A model generated the notes under the pieces. The model made no database searches, was not told the DNA's origin, and worked only from the letters and a program-made list of their open reading frames with translations. This document shows, one piece after another, positions 59,509-64,000 of a stretch of DNA of 64,000 nt (its first letter is position 1; every line of letters starts with the position of its first letter). This stretch comes from an uncultured Verrucomicrobiae bacterium (GTDB taxonomy: Bacteria > Verrucomicrobiota > Verrucomicrobiia > Chthoniobacterales > JAFAMB01), in assembly GCA_963837955.1 (NCBI GenBank), contig CAWIPH010000002.1:480001-544000 (forward strand), read 5' to 3'. A program made the translations under genes and the position numbers.

Positions 59509-60678
59509 CTAATCTATAATATTCGTATTGTCGATCACTGAGACAGTGCCGCTGCTCGGATTAGTGGTATAGACATATTTTACACTTAGTCCGCCAGGCC
59601 CCCCGAGAATGGGCGATACGGCCACGTACAGAGGCTTATTGTGTTCGCCCAGCCAGACGCTATGGTTACCTGAGTGATAGGCATTCCCCCACCTTTCTCG
59701 AATCCTAACCAATTTGTTTTCCCCGGGATCGGCTATAAACAGATAGCGAAGGCCGAAATAAGTGCCTCCGCCAGCTATTCCAGCTAAATATGATTCGCGA
59801 TTCGGATGCTTGTTGAAAAAATTATCAGTAAAAACCTCAATTTTCTCTGTGGGCCGATTGCCAATCTTCAAAACCTTCTTTTCTGATTGCAAGCACGATA
59901 TATACAGCTCCTCCACATCCTCCTGGGCGATCGCAATTCCAAGTGGTGCCGTATTGTCCTGGGTGAAGGTCCGTTCCCCAATGATGATTTGTTTAGTCGC
60001 ATCGATCTGCGTTACGTAGCCTTGCACCTGAGTGCCCGTGTTCGATAGGTCTCCCTGGTTCAATACATGGGCTTTCAACCCGTCCCGACTGAAAACCACT
60101 TGCAGCGGCCTCTGACCAACCGGGATAGAAATCGTGTTGGTCGTTGCCAGGGTAGCAACATCGATGATTGAGACGGTCCCATCTTTGTTTCCGGCTCCAG
60201 CGTTACAAACCCAAAGCTGGCTGCCATCGGGTTTGACTGCCAGACCCAAGGGGGCCGGGCCAACCGGCACCGTCTGGGTCACAGTGTGGCTAGCCGTGGA
60301 TATCACCGACACGGTGTTATCCTGGTTATTGCTGACAAAAGCCGTTGTCCCGTCTGGACTAATCGCTACAAACATTGGCTTGTTGCCGACGGCAATGGTA
60401 GCAACCACACTGTTAGTTGGAGAGCTTATTACCGAAACGGTGTTCGAACCTGAGTTGGCTACATACACCGCATCACCGCTCGGAGTGACAGCCAAGCCAT
60501 TGGGCGCCACGCCAACAAATACCGTAGCGATCAGTGCTTTCCCCGTGCCGGCAATTCCAGACACCGAAAAGCCCGCGATGATAGTTGCAACCAATAACGC
60601 CGAAGCTACATCACGACCGATCGAATGCCGCCTTTTTACCATTTTGATACCGCTTTGGGACAAGTGTATCTTTTCCAT
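59509..60678 (-). CDS. Secreted YVTN/YncE-type beta-propeller protein, paralog 1
   Basis: Signal-like N-terminus; repeated VG..P.G.AV.PDG..YV.N..SNTVSVI blades. Confidence 0.9.
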   Translation of the reverse strand: MEKIHLSQSGIKMVKRRHSIGRDVASALLVATIIAGFSVSGIAGTGKALIATVFVGVAPNGLAVTPSGDAVYVANSGSNTVSVISSPTNSVVATIAVGNKPMFVAISPDGTTAFVSNNQDNTVSVISTASHTVTQTVPVGPAPLGLAVKPDGSQLWVCNAGAGNKDGTVSIIDVATLATTNTISIPVGQRPLQVVFSRDGLKAHVLNQGDLSNTGTQVQGYVTQIDATKQIIIGERTFTQDNTAPLGIAIAQEDVEELYISCLQSEKKVLKIGNRPTEKIEVFTDNFFNKHPNRESYLAGIAGGGTYFGLRYLFIADPGENKLVRIRERWGNAYHSGNHSVWLGEHNKPLYVAVSPILGGPGGLSVKYVYTTNPSSGTVSVIDNTNIID

Positions 60679-60850
60679 ACGGTTTCACTATCAAGCGCCG
60701 ACTAACGCTTCAAGCTATTCTCGTCGAGCGGCAGCCTGACGGGAATCTAAGATGATAAAACTGCTTAAAATTACAGTGGTTAGATTCGGGACACCACCGG
60801 AGAAAATATTATTAGTAAGTTCACTTCTAAATAGTAGTTCCCGCTACCCG

Positions 60851-61471
60851 CTACCTTTCCTTCGTCTGTTCAGCCGTGCCTACGATCACCAGCCCTTTCG
60901 GCTTTGGCTTGTCGAAAGCGATCGTCTTTTCGAACTTCTGAACCGCGGCGCCGTAGTTGTACTCGGACTGAGTTAGTTTCTCGCGCTCGCTCGGCGGGGT
61001 TTCATACTTATGACGGTCTCCGCCAAGCAGAAGGCCTAACAGAGCGACCGGAGATTTCGTCCAAAAATCGGAGTACCAAAACGGGTGCGCGATCTTTTCT
61101 CGCTCCTCGGCATCTTGGGCAGCCTGCTTGTTGTAAATCTCGGTGCTCACATCTTTAGCCCCGCGTGACTCCGAGGCAGAAGAATTGTACTGAAAACCAC
61201 TCTGATTTGACTCGTTGCTAACGCCACCGGTCTTGCCGCCGGCCGAGTTGGTCGATTGATCCGACTGAAGACGTGACCCTTTGTGCTCGACATTCTGGTC
61301 CGGTGTCTTTGTCGAGAAATAGGATTTCTTCAAATCCTTGGCAAGATTCTGGTCGGCATCATCCGCCAGACCGATATGGAGCGCCAAAAAAGGTGCGCCG
61401 AAATACGTGACGCACATTAACAGCGATCTTGCTGCAGAGCCGCGGCTGTTCCGATGAAGAAGCTTAGCCAT
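60851..61471 (-). CDS. Hypothetical, probably secreted, low-complexity protein
   Basis: 206 aa, hydrophobic N-terminal segment ending GLA-D, S/Q-rich; lies between the two propeller paralogs. Confidence 0.6.
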   Translation of the reverse strand: MAKLLHRNSRGSAARSLLMCVTYFGAPFLALHIGLADDADQNLAKDLKKSYFSTKTPDQNVEHKGSRLQSDQSTNSAGGKTGGVSNESNQSGFQYNSSASESRGAKDVSTEIYNKQAAQDAEEREKIAHPFWYSDFWTKSPVALLGLLLGGDRHKYETPPSEREKLTQSEYNYGAAVQKFEKTIAFDKPKPKGLVIVGTAEQTKER

Positions 61472-61509
61472 GATGCAGAATACAGCTCCCGGGTCCCAAG
61501 GGCTTTGCT

Positions 61510-62679
61510 CTAATCTTTGATATTCACATTGTCGATCACTGAAACAGTGCCGCTGCTCGGATTAGTAGTATAGACATATTTTACGTCTGGCCCAAAAGTG
61601 TTGTCGAGAATCGGCGATACTGCTACGTAAAGAGGCTTACTATCTTCGCCCAGCCAGACGCTACGGGGAGATGTCCCAGGGTCGAACTTCCCCCATCTTT
61701 CTCGAATCCGAACCAATTTGTTTTCCCCGGGATCTGCTATAAACAGGTAGCGATTGCCGAATTGAGTGCCTCCGCCAGCTATTCCGGCTAAGTAGGGTTC
61801 GGCGTTAGTGGGCTGATGAAAAACTCCAATCTTCTCCGTGGGCCGATTGCCAATCTTCAAAACCTTCTTTTCTGATTGCAAACACGATATATACAGTTCT
61901 TCCACATCCTCTTGCGCGATCGCAATTCCAAGTGGTGCGGTATTGTCCTGGGTGAAGGTCCGTTCCCCAATGATGATTTGTTTAGTCGCGTCGATCTGCG
62001 TTACGTAGCCTTGCACGTGGGTGCCCGTGTTCGATAGGTCTCCCTGGTTCAATACATGGGCTTTCAATCCGTCCGGACTGAAGACCACTTGCAGCGGGCG
62101 CTGACCAACCGGGATAGAAATCGTGTTAGTCGTTGCCAGGGTAGCAACATCGATGATTGAGACAGTCCCATCTTTGTTTCCGGCTCCAGCGTTACAAACC
62201 CAAAGCTGGCTGCCATCGGGTTTGACTGCCAGACCCAAAGGGGCCGGGCCAACCGGCACCGTCTGGGTCACAGTGTGGCTAGCCGTGGATATCACCGACA
62301 CAGTGTTATCCTGGCTATTGCTGACAAAAGCGGTTGTTCCGTCTGGACTAATCGCTACAAACATTGGCTTGTTGCCAACGGCAATGGTGGCAACCACGCT
62401 GTTAGTTGGAGAGCTTATTACCGAAACGGTGTTCGAACCTGAGTTGGCTACATATACCGCATCACCGCTTGGAGTGACAGCCAAGCCATTGGGCGCCACA
62501 CCAACAAATACCGTAGCGATCAGTGCTTTCGGGTGGGACCCGATCGTGCCGGCCATTCCGGACACCGAAAAGCCCGCGATGATAGTTGCTGTGAATAACG
62601 CCGAAGAGACATCACGACCGATCGAACGCCGCCTTTTTACCATTTTGATACCGCTTTGAAACAAGTGTATCTTTTCCAT
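61510..62679 (-). CDS. Secreted YVTN/YncE-type beta-propeller protein, paralog 2
   Basis: Near-identical to paralog 1 over about 234 central residues; offset exactly 2001 bp. Confidence 0.9.
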   Translation of the reverse strand: MEKIHLFQSGIKMVKRRRSIGRDVSSALFTATIIAGFSVSGMAGTIGSHPKALIATVFVGVAPNGLAVTPSGDAVYVANSGSNTVSVISSPTNSVVATIAVGNKPMFVAISPDGTTAFVSNSQDNTVSVISTASHTVTQTVPVGPAPLGLAVKPDGSQLWVCNAGAGNKDGTVSIIDVATLATTNTISIPVGQRPLQVVFSPDGLKAHVLNQGDLSNTGTHVQGYVTQIDATKQIIIGERTFTQDNTAPLGIAIAQEDVEELYISCLQSEKKVLKIGNRPTEKIGVFHQPTNAEPYLAGIAGGGTQFGNRYLFIADPGENKLVRIRERWGKFDPGTSPRSVWLGEDSKPLYVAVSPILDNTFGPDVKYVYTTNPSSGTVSVIDNVNIKD

Positions 62680-63088
62680 ACGGTTTCACTATCAAGCGCC
62701 GACTAACGCTTCAAGCTATTCCTGTCGACCGGCAGCAAATGTACCGTTTCTGTTCGGGCTGGGTTAGTTATCCCAGGTTAGAACGCTCGCCCGAGAACAG
62801 GAAAGCTAGGGGAGAGTCTTGCATCTAGCACGATATGGACGGAGCTGTTACCCAAGTGGATAGTAAAAGTGCATGTGGTGGGTTTACTCCAATCCCGCAA
62901 TTCGCCATCGCTATAGGCCCTTTCGGCTTTTCAAATTAGCCTTCGCTCTTTGGCTTTTACTGGTTATAGCATCCCTAATCTCCATGGCTGTTTCTGACTT
63001 CCTCAAGCACCTTGACCGCAAAGTCAGAACAGGGAGTTCTGATTGCTAATCTGTGATCGCGAGATTTCTTGCTGGTTAACATTCCGCT

Positions 63089-63835
63089 ATGAAAAACCGC
63101 TTGAATTCCATTTTGTTCACCGTCGTTCTGATGGGTTGCTCCTGCTCGGTTGCTAGGGCCGATCAGCCGCCGCAACCATCAATGAATCCCGCCCCTTCCC
63201 CTGGCGGTGGTCCACCCGAAAAGCCCTACTATTTGACGGGGAACGAAGATGTCTGGCAAAACTTTCCTCCAAAGCCGGCCCTTGGATCGCCAACCGATCA
63301 AACTGACCTTCTGATAACTCTTACCCTCCAGGCTTCGCGGACAGAAGATCAAAAAGCGGAAGCCTTTCGCGACAAAAGCTACTCAATCAAGCTCGTGACC
63401 GACGTGATCGATGTCAATTTCGAGACAAAATATCCGAACACGTTTAAGGTGCTCAATAACGCCGATATCGACTCCTATTTCATCAACACGATGATCAAAA
63501 AGGCGAATGGTCGGTTGCGACCCTACGTTCAGCACCCAACTCTAGTCGTGCCGCTGTTTACTGTAAGCGATTTCAGTTACCCGAGTGGACACGCTTCCGG
63601 TCTTGAACTCCAGGCGCGCATCCTAGCACAATTGTTTCCGGCGCAGAGCGATGCATTGCTGAAACGTGCCCGGCAAATCGCCGACGGACGGGTGGTTGCC
63701 GGAGTTCACTACACGAGTGATACAGAAGCTGGTCTCGCCTTGGGTGACCTGCTTTTCGCCCAGCTCGAAACGAAAACTGAGTTCCAAAAAGATCTGACCG
63801 CGGCAGCCACCAAGGATCAGTTACCCCTAAAGTGA
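63089..63835 (+). CDS. PAP2 family (class A) acid phosphatase
   Basis: Signal peptide; K....RLRPY, SYPSGH, RVVAGVHY.SD. Confidence 0.92.
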   Translation: MKNRLNSILFTVVLMGCSCSVARADQPPQPSMNPAPSPGGGPPEKPYYLTGNEDVWQNFPPKPALGSPTDQTDLLITLTLQASRTEDQKAEAFRDKSYSIKLVTDVIDVNFETKYPNTFKVLNNADIDSYFINTMIKKANGRLRPYVQHPTLVVPLFTVSDFSYPSGHASGLELQARILAQLFPAQSDALLKRARQIADGRVVAGVHYTSDTEAGLALGDLLFAQLETKTEFQKDLTAAATKDQLPLK

Positions 63836-64000
63836 CCGAAAGTCATAGGAGAGAAAGAACTCAAAACTCAAACCGAAAAAGCCGTTCAGGATAAAGAAAA
63901 GGAACGAACTATCCCGCGCGGGTCGAGACGCGGAGGGGTAAGAGCAAAATAAGCGCTGGTTTCCCCATGGTGTTGCCAATAGCATCTGACGATTCCTAGG

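Noticed and set aside
60134..62659. Long antisense ORFs over the propeller genes, and similar shadow ORFs elsewhere (e.g. 40036-40989, 18181-18894)
   Set aside because: Antisense shadows of well-supported genes
59509..62679. Diversity-generating retroelement (TR/VR pair)
   Set aside because: The differences include indels and are not adenine-specific, both copies are full genes, and there is no reverse transcriptase in the window

Overview
A 64-kb stretch of mostly core bacterial chromosome. The housekeeping proteins (for example the L28 type and the short RpoD-family sigma factor) suggest Verrucomicrobiota; this is inferred, not confirmed by a search. Core genes include lpxK, thrB, rph, gmd, rpmB, rpmI-rplT-pheST followed by a likely 6S RNA, glf, sigma-rplI-dnaB, nrdR, degP, gatCA, acs, glnB, purN, rpe, tadA and fabD. 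The most unusual loci are: (1) a translationally coupled operon of a small membrane protein, a cobalamin-dependent radical SAM enzyme and a nitric-oxide-synthase oxygenase (7675-10657); (2) two tandem YVTN beta-propeller paralogs with a nearly identical scaffold but hypervariable C-terminal loops (59509-62679); (3) a stand-alone toxin-like/immunity-like gene pair (47304-48180); (4) an nrdR operon with its own NrdR box, an ATP-cone-like protein and a HIT hydrolase; (5) a dense, modular set of intergenic repeats (GTAG-type REP/REPIN palindromes, heptamer arrays, and a composite element seen with both filled and empty nested-insertion sites) that repeatedly overlaps gene 3' ends. Two genes carry single-base frameshifts. 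I saw no CRISPR array, tRNA, rRNA, transposase, integrase or reverse transcriptase. All calls come from reading the sequence; no database search was run.
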